Part shown: positions 14,766-24,261 of the stretch, in pieces
Numbering within the stretch: the stretch's first letter is position 1
Layout of the letters: the number at the start of each line of letters is the position of its first letter
Notes under the pieces: model-generated
Seen by the model: the letters and a program-made list of their open reading frames with translations, nothing else
Databases searched by the model: none
What the model was told of the DNA's origin: nothing
Translations under genes and position numbers: made by a program
DNA from: a virus
Taxonomy: Duplodnaviria > Caudoviricetes
DNA: 63,832 nucleotides
Virus record (IMG/VR): IMGVR_UViG_3300050150_000093
Location: 1 to 63,832 of that record
Strand: one strand, 5' to 3'

Positions 14766-16839
14766 AATGTCTAGCTGGACTATCGAGTCCATTTCTGTTG
14801 TAAGTTGCGGGAGCGTTAGACCCTCTACCTGGAACACTAATGTTGTTAGTAGTAGTTGATGGTGCGCTAACAACTGAAGTTGATCCGGCACTAGACGGTT
14901 TGTTGTTCTTCTTTTGTTCTACTTCACGTGAACCCTTGTTGAGAGAAGCAGCTTGTGGAGAGGTTTTAACGTTACCAGCAATTGCTCCCTTAGGGTTTTC
15001 AAGTTCGCCAAGGTAGTACTTGTATCTTTGTTCTCTGTCCGGAAGACCATTTTGACCACCGTTAATAATTTGAGTGGCACCCCTAACGTCGCCTTTTCTA
15101 GCTTTTTCTCCCACGTTGCGCTTTTTCCAAAAGTATAGTGCAATCTTGGATGCAATCTTAGGGTCTTCGGCTAGTTCAGGATTTTTAACTAAATCGACGC
15201 CAATAGCTTTTCCGACTTCAGCATAGTTAGCCTTTCCGGTTAATTGGGTGAATCCACGGCCCCGATATCTAGCACCATCGCCATCAGCTGTGTTACCTAA
15301 CTTTGCAGAACCGCTTCTGTATTTGTCAGAGTACATGTATTCAAAAAACTGATTGTTATCAGCATTCATAAACTGATCAAACGTAACTCCACTCTTTTTT
15401 AGTTGAGTTCCTCGTGAGCCGTGCCACTTCTTTCTTCTTGCATCAGCACCATAGTTTCGTTCTTTCATAGCACTAAAGCCAGCACTTTCATGAGACATTT
15501 GCCCCATGAACATTGCTAACTCTTTTTTATCTGTAATACCGCTGGCTTGAGCAGATGCTAACAAACTAGCTTCGTTTTCCTTAGCCTTGCCACTCATCAT
15601 AGATCGGGAAAGTGCAACAGGAGCTTTACCCAATATAGATGGAGCTTCTTTAACGGTGTCGACCACGCCACCAACTGCACCAGCTACAGCGCCAGCAGCT
15701 TTCTTACCAACTTCAATAACCTTTTTGATACCAAGACTGTCAGCAATCTTGTCGACTAGTTTAACAATCTCTTTCCCAAGCCAAATGAACGGTTCAAGAA
15801 TACCATCGATTATGCCTTTGATGGCTCCCTTAAATCCACCAAGCATCTTCTGGATGAAGTTGCCATCGGTGTTCTTCCAACCTTTGATAAACCCTTTGAT
15901 GCCATCTAAGACGGTGAAGAATATAATTAAGAATTCGCCAACTACAGGTATTACTCGCCCAAGGCGGCCGAGTCGTCCAAGCACTTCGATGCCCTTAGCA
16001 AACGGCTGTAAAACTCGCGCAGCAACTTGAATAAATGCCTTGAATGGAGCAAATGCTACTTCGAGGAATTTTCCCATTTCTCCGAGCTTTAACATCTTGA
16101 AAAGACCGGTGATTTTAGACCCGAATAATGAGAAGCCTGCTAAAATTCCCCCAGCGACCAAGTTAAAGGCCTTGCCTGCCAATCCACCGATCAGAGAAGC
16201 GATACCTCCCTTCTTGGAAGTAGATCCTGATTCAGATTCCACTCCCGTATTCTTTCTTGATTCTAATACCTTTTCGGCGTTCTGACCTTGATCAATTCGT
16301 TGAGCAGTCATAGCGTCATACACCAACTTTAGATTTGTGGTGCTCTTCTTTTGCTCTTGGCTTATTACAGCTGTGTTCTTAACGATAAGCTGAACAGCAT
16401 TCTTCATATCGCGGAGCTCAGTTAGAGCTCCGCTGAACCCTGTGTCCGTACTTTTGCGATTTTCATTTACTGCTCGTACAACTTGGTTGTCGTTGCTAGC
16501 TGGAGTAAACGATGGCGTCGAAGGGTGAGATATTACTGGAGCGCCAGGTTGGTTAATACCACTTTGACGGCTACTGTTACTGTAGCTCGACTCGTTATCA
16601 TTAGAAGCTCTACGGCGCTGATTGTCTTTTATGTTAGCATGAAAATCCATAGCCCCACGAGTGAACGGATTTTGCTCCGCCCACTGCCGTCCAATAGACA
16701 CAGGGTTAAGCATGGCAAACCCACCAGTTGCTCGTCTGATGATTGGTTGTGTGAAGGTAGAATGAGCTGCTTTTAGGACATCGTTAGACGTTACTCTAGG
16801 TAATACTTTTGGTGTCTTAACGACTTGATCGATGGCCAT
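14764..16839 (-). CDS. Tape-measure/baseplate hub protein (gp29-like) with a C-terminal GH19 lysozyme-like domain
   Basis: Long amphipathic helical middle; HESAGF, YRGRGFTQLTGKANY and INGGQNG GH19 motifs; downstream of gp26/gp51; start MAIDQ chosen by RBS. Confidence 0.8.
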   Translation of the reverse strand: MAIDQVVKTPKVLPRVTSNDVLKAAHSTFTQPIIRRATGGFAMLNPVSIGRQWAEQNPFTRGAMDFHANIKDNQRRRASNDNESSYSNSSRQSGINQPGAPVISHPSTPSFTPASNDNQVVRAVNENRKSTDTGFSGALTELRDMKNAVQLIVKNTAVISQEQKKSTTNLKLVYDAMTAQRIDQGQNAEKVLESRKNTGVESESGSTSKKGGIASLIGGLAGKAFNLVAGGILAGFSLFGSKITGLFKMLKLGEMGKFLEVAFAPFKAFIQVAARVLQPFAKGIEVLGRLGRLGRVIPVVGEFLIIFFTVLDGIKGFIKGWKNTDGNFIQKMLGGFKGAIKGIIDGILEPFIWLGKEIVKLVDKIADSLGIKKVIEVGKKAAGAVAGAVGGVVDTVKEAPSILGKAPVALSRSMMSGKAKENEASLLASAQASGITDKKELAMFMGQMSHESAGFSAMKERNYGADARRKKWHGSRGTQLKKSGVTFDQFMNADNNQFFEYMYSDKYRSGSAKLGNTADGDGARYRGRGFTQLTGKANYAEVGKAIGVDLVKNPELAEDPKIASKIALYFWKKRNVGEKARKGDVRGATQIINGGQNGLPDREQRYKYYLGELENPKGAIAGNVKTSPQAASLNKGSREVEQKKNNKPSSAGSTSVVSAPSTTTNNISVPGRGSNAPATYNRNGLDSPARH

Positions 16840-17173
16840 GTGTGTCTTCCTTTCCATCGTGTTCATCTACAAGATCGATGTTTACCTCAAGTGCTCCAGC
16901 TTTGAACATAATATGTCTAACGAGTCCAGCACATAACGCAAGAAATGCTACAAATATTGTTCCGTGGATATACATCATCACGTCTCGAATAATTTGTAAC
17001 ATTAATTTGTGATCAGCTGGTAACCAATCATACGTTGCTAAGAACGAGAAGTAAATTAGAGATATAACGGTCAATATGGGAGCAGCCACTACTACAGCAA
17101 CCAGTTGGAGATTACGTCTAGTAAAGAACCACTTGAATGCTGCTCGTATGGCTTTGAAAATTGTATTGACCAT
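16817..17173 (-). CDS. Two-TM membrane protein (holin-like candidate)
   Basis: Basic amphipathic N-terminus, two hydrophobic helices, charged C-terminus. Confidence 0.7.
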   Translation of the reverse strand: MVNTIFKAIRAAFKWFFTRRNLQLVAVVVAAPILTVISLIYFSFLATYDWLPADHKLMLQIIRDVMMYIHGTIFVAFLALCAGLVRHIMFKAGALEVNIDLVDEHDGKEDTHGHRSSR

Positions 17174-17183
17174 TATGTTCTTC

Positions 17184-17348
17184 TTATTCTAGGTCTTGCT
17201 TTTGCTGTTCTATGTAGAGTTCCTGAAGGCCAACGTACACGTCTCTCTCGAAAGGTATCATGCTTTCGATTTCAGTGATTGTGATGTTGTGGCAGGTTGA
17301 TAATGTAAAGGTTAATTGATAGTAGGCTGCTAATGAGTTATGACTCAG
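17184..17348 (-). CDS. 51: Baseplate hub assembly protein gp51 without a canonical start; likely the frameshift extension of gp26
   Basis: LSHNSLAAYYQLTFTL...EIESMIPFERDVYV matches the gp51 pattern; in-frame TGA just upstream of the T7 run. Confidence 0.85.
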   Translation of the reverse strand: MSHNSLAAYYQLTFTLSTCHNITITEIESMIPFERDVYVGLQELYIEQQKQDLE

Positions 17349-18064
17349 ACATACTGAAAAAAATCAGTAACACCCTTTAACTCCAAAGTGCGGTCTTCTT
17401 TGTTTACCTTGTAGTTAATCGTTGCATGTACACGTGGGATGTTGTTCAAGTAGTCGTAGATCTTTTCCAGATCGGAAGTAGCAAAGCTTTCCAGGAATTC
17501 TGTTATTTCTTCATCACCAAAGTCAGCCAACAAATATACATCTTCTTTGTCATATACTGTGTCGATTACAAGCTTAAGCATATTGAACGCATCTTCAGCA
17601 GTAACATTCTGATCGATTGAAGAACCAGCAAATATGCCCAGAGTAATATCCTTCAACACAATACCTAAAGTATCATTGATTTGAATTTGCTTCGAAGGTA
17701 TCGTTACATTTTTAACGCAATCGTTAACCACGGTTTGTAGGTTAACTTCTACTTCAGCCCATGTATCCGTTTCTTCATCTTTGATTTTGAAAGATACGTC
17801 CTCGCCCACTGAAGCAATGCGTAACAGCAAGAAGATGATTTCAAGATCGAAGATGTGTAGTTCTTCTGGTTTAACGTCTTCTGATAATATACAGTTATTG
17901 ATTACTTGGAGGAAAGCGTTATACATGTCGACTGAATCAGTAGACTCAGCAGCCATTAGTAGGATCTTTTCTTCCTTTACTGTGAACGGACGATACTTGA
18001 CAATCTTGTTGAGTACTGGCAACTTAAACTGTAGTATCGGCGATTGGATTTTTGGTAACCCCAT
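17345..18064 (-). CDS. 26: Baseplate hub assembly chaperone gp26
   Basis: LPKI-P...KYRPFTVKEEKILLMA...DLE-IFL-LR-SVGE...L-G-DFF. Confidence 0.93.
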   Translation of the reverse strand: MGLPKIQSPILQFKLPVLNKIVKYRPFTVKEEKILLMAAESTDSVDMYNAFLQVINNCILSEDVKPEELHIFDLEIIFLLLRIASVGEDVSFKIKDEETDTWAEVEVNLQTVVNDCVKNVTIPSKQIQINDTLGIVLKDITLGIFAGSSIDQNVTAEDAFNMLKLVIDTVYDKEDVYLLADFGDEEITEFLESFATSDLEKIYDYLNNIPRVHATINYKVNKEDRTLELKGVTDFFQYV

Positions 18065-18073
18065 TATAACTCC

Positions 18074-18907
18074 TTAAATTCTAAAATCAGCTAATCCACC
18101 AAGCAACGGGATTGCCTTTGAATACGAATCAACTAGGGCACTAGTAATCTTCGTTTGTGCTCTGTTAACTAGATCACCTCGTATACTATTTACTGCGTCT
18201 GTGAGGTCAAAGTTGTATGTTGGTAAGTTGGCGTTATTAATTCCTAGCATTGCTCCGCCCTTGCTTATTAGACCGTTGATTGTTTTGTTGATTTCATCAT
18301 TCAAACCAGCCAATAGCTTTGAGGACGTTTTACCCAACTTCTCATATTTTACCGTCCATCGTGTGAAGCTTATACGAGTTTGGAACCGCATGTATCCAGC
18401 ATCACCCCAATTCAAAGTGCTATCGTAGATGCTACTAGGGAATGCGTCATGCAGTGTGTATTCAATTATGCTCTTCAACCGAGGATCATACATTCGAATA
18501 ATAATATCGGTTGCGTAGTTGCTTCTATAATTGACAAAGAACGGTTGACCAGCTGATGACACAGAAACGGGCGATACCGTGTTGTATAGAACAATTGAAT
18601 CTACCCACTTAGTTAGTAGGTGGTGGATCTGACCTTGGTTGTCTCCAATGAAAGTCAAATAGATGTCGGTGAACAAAACGTTCCAAGGCATCTTTTGAAT
18701 TGCTCCATATCCGTATGGAGCATTCCGGTCGTCGGTAGTAACCGTTATACCAGGCAACGATGCTGCTTCACAAAAAAGAGATATGTTTTGTGAACCTGTG
18801 GCTGATACAGATTGAGGTAGCGCTAATTCCACAACAAAGTGAGAGGGCCGTGCAGGACCCTCAAACTTGTTCATCTTTGATATGAAGTCTTTAATTTTAA
18901 CGGCCAC
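18074..18907 (-). CDS. 54: Baseplate tail-tube initiator (gp54-like, tube-fold paralogue)
   Basis: ARPSHFVV...CEAASLPG...L-DAFP; GTG start after GAGG. Confidence 0.75.
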   Translation of the reverse strand: MAVKIKDFISKMNKFEGPARPSHFVVELALPQSVSATGSQNISLFCEAASLPGITVTTDDRNAPYGYGAIQKMPWNVLFTDIYLTFIGDNQGQIHHLLTKWVDSIVLYNTVSPVSVSSAGQPFFVNYRSNYATDIIIRMYDPRLKSIIEYTLHDAFPSSIYDSTLNWGDAGYMRFQTRISFTRWTVKYEKLGKTSSKLLAGLNDEINKTINGLISKGGAMLGINNANLPTYNFDLTDAVNSIRGDLVNRAQTKITSALVDSYSKAIPLLGGLADFRI

Positions 18908-19553
18908 GTGTACCTCTTGGTTTCTTGAAGACATTTAGCTGTTGTCTGCTCATCTCCCACACGTGACGAGTTGTTGCCTTCTCGAAGCGTTCTAGTGGTA
19001 AGAACAAAGCAATATCCCATTCTTTAGTATCAATGGCAACAATACGAGACCGAATATGTGAACGAAGATACTTCTTGATACACGGCTTGTAAGGTGCCAG
19101 TTTGCTAACAGCTTTTAGGATTTTATAACTGATTTGTAGTCTGGTTGTTTGATCGAGATCAAGATTGTTAAGATATGGATACAACGCATCCATCAACTTC
19201 GCTCTCAAAGGATGAGGCAAATAGTGCATGTTTAGTCCCAACAGATAACCTTTACCAACGTCTATTGGAAAGATTAGAGGAAGCTTATCATAATAGGGTA
19301 GGGTAGCTTTTAGTTTCGGGTCGTAGTAGAATAGATACATTCGCCCAGGCGCAATTGTGTTTCTGAACCGATCCGGTTCAGACTTCATTAGCTGAGATTC
19401 GTTTACGTTAGAAACATTCTTAGCTTGATCACGATACCAGTTTCTTGATTCGTTCGTGTACACAGGCAGCATACCACTTCTCATACCTTTGTCCAAGATA
19501 GAGGTAAAGTAGTTTGGTTGTACTGGCAGTGTCTTCTTTGGCTTAATTGCCAA
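18897..19553 (-). CDS. 2: DNA end protector gp2
   Basis: GRMYLFYYDPKLK-TLPYYD-LPL...GLN-HYL...PC-K-YL. Confidence 0.93.
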   Translation of the reverse strand: MAIKPKKTLPVQPNYFTSILDKGMRSGMLPVYTNESRNWYRDQAKNVSNVNESQLMKSEPDRFRNTIAPGRMYLFYYDPKLKATLPYYDKLPLIFPIDVGKGYLLGLNMHYLPHPLRAKLMDALYPYLNNLDLDQTTRLQISYKILKAVSKLAPYKPCIKKYLRSHIRSRIVAIDTKEWDIALFLPLERFEKATTRHVWEMSRQQLNVFKKPRGTRGR

Positions 19554-19580
19554 TGGTGTATTCCTCTTTCGGCGTTGTGA

Positions 19581-19588
19581 TATTTATT
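19581..19588 (-). promoter_or_regulatory. Late promoter
   Basis: AATAAATA on the minus strand upstream of gp2. Confidence 0.6.
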
Positions 19589-19595
19589 AGAGCTA

Positions 19596-20048
19596 TCACT
19601 TAATGCCGAGGTCTTTTTCAGTAAGAATCATGAATTGCCATCCTTTTGCGTCACAAAGCTTTTTTGCAGCTTCCCACTTGGCGCAATTAACAGCCCAGGT
19701 TGTAGCTTTATACAAATAACCCTTTGATTGAGCTTTCTTTCCAGATAAGATTTGAGGAGGTCTTGTTTCAGCTAACGGTTTGACTTCAACCAAGATAGTT
19801 GAGATTGTTCCGTCTTTGTCTCGCTTCTTAAACCACATATCAGGAAAATACCTTCGGACCGTTCCTTCAATGGGATGCCGATATGAAATAGCGAACTCTT
19901 CTGACGACCAAACTAATATATCTGGGTGTTGATCCAAGTATGTCATGAGTTTCAATTCCCATCCACTCATGTATCGTATGCGGCTAGCATCGCCTTTATA
20001 TTTCTGTTTATTGCGTGGGGTGAAAACACCCTGTTTATAATGTTTCAT
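19596..20048 (-). CDS. 4: Head completion nuclease gp4
   Basis: P-N-KYKGD...S-WE...WSSEE...RYFPD...EVKP...AKW-AA. Confidence 0.93.
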   Translation of the reverse strand: MKHYKQGVFTPRNKQKYKGDASRIRYMSGWELKLMTYLDQHPDILVWSSEEFAISYRHPIEGTVRRYFPDMWFKKRDKDGTISTILVEVKPLAETRPPQILSGKKAQSKGYLYKATTWAVNCAKWEAAKKLCDAKGWQFMILTEKDLGIK

Positions 20049-20052
20049 TCAG

Positions 20053-20060
20053 TGTAAATA
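20053..20060 (+). promoter_or_regulatory. Late promoter
   Basis: TGTAAATA upstream of gp48. Confidence 0.6.
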
Positions 20061-20095
20061 CACCTCGACGGTAATGTTTTAGTCACAGGAACCAA

Positions 20096-21151
20096 ATGCC
20101 AGTACCATTCAATACAGTAACCTATAAGGAGCCTGCTCAGCAAGCAGTGCAAAAGAAGAAAAAGCAGGCTGTTGTATCCAGTGTGGTTTTCCCGTCCGAC
20201 TTAGGTGACTTCTTTATGTCGTTTGACTTCTATGATTATCGTGACCTACTTAAAGGAGTAAATTCTGCTGGTAGCCTAAAGAACAGTCAAGGTGGAACAA
20301 CAGAAGCTCCGCGAGCAGTATTTAATGCTAACAAAGCCCAAATTCAAAAGCAAATAGCATCAAAGGGTTCGTTCGCAAGAATATCGTTGCCAATACCAAA
20401 AGATATGGTAGACAATTTCCGGGTAGCCTGGGAGACATCAGCAATGGGAATGAATGCAGGACTTCTTGGAGAAGCCTTCCAAGGCGGTTCCGATTTAGCT
20501 AACGCTTTTGGTAAAGGAATGGACGCTGGTATAAACCAGTTGAAATCGATGGCTACAACAAATGTGTCGGCGGATAATTATGCAGAAAATACGGCTGGGC
20601 AAGCTGGACTAAGGTTAGCTGCGATTGGACTAGGTCAGACGGCTTCGGATCTGATCGACTTATCGACTGGTGTTGCTACTAACCCAAACTTAGCAGTTTT
20701 GTTTAAGGGTCCAACTTTAAAGCAACACAGATTCACGTGGATGCTGCAAGCTAGAACGCCACAAGAATCTAAAACGATTCAGAAGATTATAGCCATTTTC
20801 AAACGAGCAATGCATCCTCAGCAACTTAATGCTACAACAACAGCCTTCTTGAAATATCCATCCGAATGTTTGGTTGAGTTTCACGGGGGGAATGCAGCCA
20901 ACTTCCTATATCCAATTAGACCATGTGTGGTAGAGGATTTCAGTATCAATTATGCCCCAAACGGAATGCCTGCATTCTTCCAGGGCACAAACGACCCTGT
21001 GTCTATTGAGATTGCAGTGAGCCTACAAGAAACTTCATACTACCTTAGAAATTCTTTCGACGACAAATCGGAATACGGTTCTGATGGTTTTGATACGAAT
21101 AGCTTAATGCGAAATCCAACAGGATCTGATGAAGAGGAGTTGGACACGTAA
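20096..21151 (+). CDS. 48: Baseplate tail-tube cap gp48
   Basis: NPNLAVLFKGPTL-H-F-W...ES-I-II-FK...NYAPNG...P-I-E. Confidence 0.88.
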   Translation: MPVPFNTVTYKEPAQQAVQKKKKQAVVSSVVFPSDLGDFFMSFDFYDYRDLLKGVNSAGSLKNSQGGTTEAPRAVFNANKAQIQKQIASKGSFARISLPIPKDMVDNFRVAWETSAMGMNAGLLGEAFQGGSDLANAFGKGMDAGINQLKSMATTNVSADNYAENTAGQAGLRLAAIGLGQTASDLIDLSTGVATNPNLAVLFKGPTLKQHRFTWMLQARTPQESKTIQKIIAIFKRAMHPQQLNATTTAFLKYPSECLVEFHGGNAANFLYPIRPCVVEDFSINYAPNGMPAFFQGTNDPVSIEIAVSLQETSYYLRNSFDDKSEYGSDGFDTNSLMRNPTGSDEEELDT

Positions 21152-21783
21152 TGGCTGTTTCAATGTTTCAGTATTTAAAGGGGATTGGGTATCGAGGTAA
21201 AGATGCTCCTAATATTCTATCAAGGGTACAAATACCACAATCGGTACTAAACGATTCAAAACTCTTTCATAACTATGTTATAGAAGATGGCGACCGGCCA
21301 GATACAATTGCTGCGTATTATTACGGCAGCGATTACTATGATTGGATCGTGTTACTATCAAACAACATTATCGATCTCGCAAACGAGTGGCCGTTAACTC
21401 AACCGCAGTTTGACGATTACATTATATTCAAGTACGGTTCGCATGCTGATAGCATGTCGGAGATCGTTGGATACAGAGTTAACACCAATAAGGACCCAAT
21501 TCCTGCTGCTGATTATGATGCTTTAGATTCTTCAGAGAAAAAGTATTGGTCTCGTAAAAGTGTATCCGATAGTCCGTATTATTATATTACACCAAACCAA
21601 ATATCAATCAACGCTGAATCGTTAGATGCTCTTCCAGGTGAAGAACAAGATTACTGGACTGCTATAACAGCGTTTGATGTTGAATTTGAAACCAATGAAG
21701 CCAAAAGAACTATACAGCTGGTTGATGCACAAGCTGTCCCAAGTATAGAACGCAGTTTGAGATCACTATCATCTAATGGATAA
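21151..21783 (+). CDS. 53: Baseplate wedge protein gp53
   Basis: DGDRPDTIA-YYG-YDWIVLLSNNIID-EWPL. Confidence 0.92.
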   Translation: MAVSMFQYLKGIGYRGKDAPNILSRVQIPQSVLNDSKLFHNYVIEDGDRPDTIAAYYYGSDYYDWIVLLSNNIIDLANEWPLTQPQFDDYIIFKYGSHADSMSEIVGYRVNTNKDPIPAADYDALDSSEKKYWSRKSVSDSPYYYITPNQISINAESLDALPGEEQDYWTAITAFDVEFETNEAKRTIQLVDAQAVPSIERSLRSLSSNG

Positions 21784-23032
21784 CTTTCAAGGTTTCAACA
21801 AAGTAGATGTTACGCTTTCGAGAATTACCTCACTTGTAACAAACTCTACTGTCGATGTGAGACGTATGACTACCTTAATCGAATTGTATGGAAGTATATT
21901 CGATCCAACTTTCGTGGGCATAATCTATATCAACGATACTACTAGCACCCTATACAACATGCCTGTGTGTGGAGAAGAAATATTAGAGCTAGAGTTTAAA
22001 ACTAACGGTAACGAAACACCGTTTGAGAAGACGTTCTATGTTTTTAAAGTAGAAGACGTATCGTTTGATCCAAACGGTTCATCATCGACTATGAAGCTAC
22101 ATTTCATCTCTCTTTCACAAATACCAGCTATAGGTTCATCACTAGCGTATGGCACAAAGCAACAGATATCTCAAAGCGTTGAAGACATCTTACGAAACAA
22201 AGTAAAGATCTCTGATGATGTGCAACTTAACATTGAAGAGACTCAAGGTATAGAACATCTGGTCTTCCAAAATTGGAATGCGTGGGATACAATTGAATTC
22301 TTACGTCAAAGAGCTGTTAGTACAAAGTATTCATCTCCTTACTTCTTCTTTGAGGATAGTAAGGGATTCAACTTTGTCAGTTGTGAAGAACTCATCGATC
22401 AAAGAAAAAAGGCTAAGGAAGTAGTAACCTATACTTCCGAGCCGTTTAGTCCGGAATCTGGGGAAGGCGCAACTAAATCTACAGTATTGGAAAAACAACG
22501 TCGGAACGTTGAAAACTTAACGATACTCAAGAAGTCGAACACCACGGATAGTATTAACCAAGGTGGGGTTTCAAATAGTGTTAGAGTGTTTAGCTTGCTG
22601 AGCAAAACAATGACGACTATTGATAAAACGTCTGATGAAATCCCAGATATGGTTAAACAGCCCTTGGATGATAAGTTCAACCGCACTAGATCGAGTACGC
22701 TGTTGAAGGTTGTTGATCAAGGATTGATTAACTTTCTCGTGCCTGTTGATGCTACTAATAATTCATCGTTTGTTACAAACGTCGGTGTTCGTCGAATGTT
22801 CAATAAAATGTTTGGTGATATAAAACTTGGGTTTACGATGTATGGTGATAGTAGTTTAGAGCCTGGTGATGTAATTAGGTTGGAGATACCAAAAACTGTT
22901 GGTAGCACAGAAGAAGATCCGCAACTAACTGGAAACTATATGGTGACTAATTTTGTCCACCGTATCAGAGATGATGAAATGATGACGAGCGTAGAAGTGT
23001 ATAAATTTGGTTATGGACAAGAGGTGGTCTAA
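21776..23032 (+). CDS. 27: Baseplate hub protein (gp27-like)
   Basis: P-GEEI, FFFED-GFNF-S-E-L and GD-L-GD...G-Y-V-H motifs; position between 53 and 5. Confidence 0.75.
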   Translation: MDNFQGFNKVDVTLSRITSLVTNSTVDVRRMTTLIELYGSIFDPTFVGIIYINDTTSTLYNMPVCGEEILELEFKTNGNETPFEKTFYVFKVEDVSFDPNGSSSTMKLHFISLSQIPAIGSSLAYGTKQQISQSVEDILRNKVKISDDVQLNIEETQGIEHLVFQNWNAWDTIEFLRQRAVSTKYSSPYFFFEDSKGFNFVSCEELIDQRKKAKEVVTYTSEPFSPESGEGATKSTVLEKQRRNVENLTILKKSNTTDSINQGGVSNSVRVFSLLSKTMTTIDKTSDEIPDMVKQPLDDKFNRTRSSTLLKVVDQGLINFLVPVDATNNSSFVTNVGVRRMFNKMFGDIKLGFTMYGDSSLEPGDVIRLEIPKTVGSTEEDPQLTGNYMVTNFVHRIRDDEMMTSVEVYKFGYGQEVV

Positions 23033-23853
23033 TGCTAGGAACACCTCAAATTGATATGGGTAAACAAGGCTTCGAATGGTTCTTTGGTCAAGTAGAAGAT
23101 CGTGATGATCCTGAAAAATTGGGCAGAGTTCGTGTAAGAATATTCAACCGTCATCCTGAAAACCAAGCTATGCTTCCAACGGAAATGCTGCATTGGGCTT
23201 CTGTTGGAATGCCTGTAACGAGCGCATCTCACGCAGGAATTGGTTCATCGCCAACTGGAATCTTAAAGGGCAGTATGGTCATGGGATTCTTCTTGGATGG
23301 ATCGTATGCTCAACAGCCAGTAATATGTTTTACGTGGTGGGGAAAGCCAAATGATGAATCAGACGTCTCAAAGTTTGTTGATGGGTCCGAAAAACTACAG
23401 AAAGGCCGAACGCCGTTTGAACCTAAAACGGATGTTAAGCCTGAATACCCCTACAATAAAGTTCTAAGCACGGAATCTGGTCATGTTGTTGAAATAGACG
23501 ATACGCCAGGTCACGAACGCGTTAGTGTGTATCATAAAGCTGGTTCATATGTTGAATTTGATTCAACAGGAGATTTAGTAGTTCGTTCTGTGAAGGATGG
23601 ATATGATTTAACCTTAAATAACAAGACAATCTATGTTGGTGGTAACGCTAATGTAGTTGTTAAGGGAAACTTACAGGCATCTGTAAAAGGAACCGCCACA
23701 ATTGAATCGCAGGGCGATTTGAACGTAAAGTCTGCATCTGCATTAACCGCATCTGCTCCTTCAATAACTATTAGTGAGACATCAACGAGTGTTGATGTTA
23801 ATATTTCTGGTGATGAAACTGTAAAACCAAGAGATCGTTATACAACAGAATAA
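23032..23853 (+). CDS. 5: Baseplate spike gp5 (OB fold plus beta-helix, no lysozyme domain)
   Basis: WFFGQVEDRDDPEKLGRVRVR; YPYNKV-TESGHV-E-DDTPG-ER. Confidence 0.92.
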   Translation: MLGTPQIDMGKQGFEWFFGQVEDRDDPEKLGRVRVRIFNRHPENQAMLPTEMLHWASVGMPVTSASHAGIGSSPTGILKGSMVMGFFLDGSYAQQPVICFTWWGKPNDESDVSKFVDGSEKLQKGRTPFEPKTDVKPEYPYNKVLSTESGHVVEIDDTPGHERVSVYHKAGSYVEFDSTGDLVVRSVKDGYDLTLNNKTIYVGGNANVVVKGNLQASVKGTATIESQGDLNVKSASALTASAPSITISETSTSVDVNISGDETVKPRDRYTTE

Positions 23854-23865
23854 GAGAACTCTACT

Positions 23866-24261
23866 ATGAGTGAAAACCGGAATGACTTGTATAGTGACAT
23901 GCTCACTAACTTCGATATACACCCCGTAAAGCGAGATCTAGTTCGTGTTGTTAACGAAGCTGCTGTAAAGCGTTCGATACGAAACCTATTGTTCTTAAAC
24001 AAGACTGAACGTTATTTTAGATCTAACGTCGGATCAGGAATTCGGAATTATCTTTTTGAACCGATGACTCCTCATACAGCTATCGGTTTACGTCAAGAGG
24101 TTGAACAAACGCTAAACAACTTTGAACCTCGTATCAACTTGATTGAGGTAACCGTAACACCCGACTATGATAATAATTCGTATGCTATTGGATTGTTGTT
24201 TTACGTCATAAATAAAACAAACCCGGTACAGTACTCTATCTCATTGGAACGACTACGATAA
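23866..24261 (+). CDS. 25: Baseplate wedge protein gp25
   Basis: AVKRSIRNL...ER-F-GS-I-LFE...FEPR. Confidence 0.93.
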   Translation: MSENRNDLYSDMLTNFDIHPVKRDLVRVVNEAAVKRSIRNLLFLNKTERYFRSNVGSGIRNYLFEPMTPHTAIGLRQEVEQTLNNFEPRINLIEVTVTPDYDNNSYAIGLLFYVINKTNPVQYSISLERLR

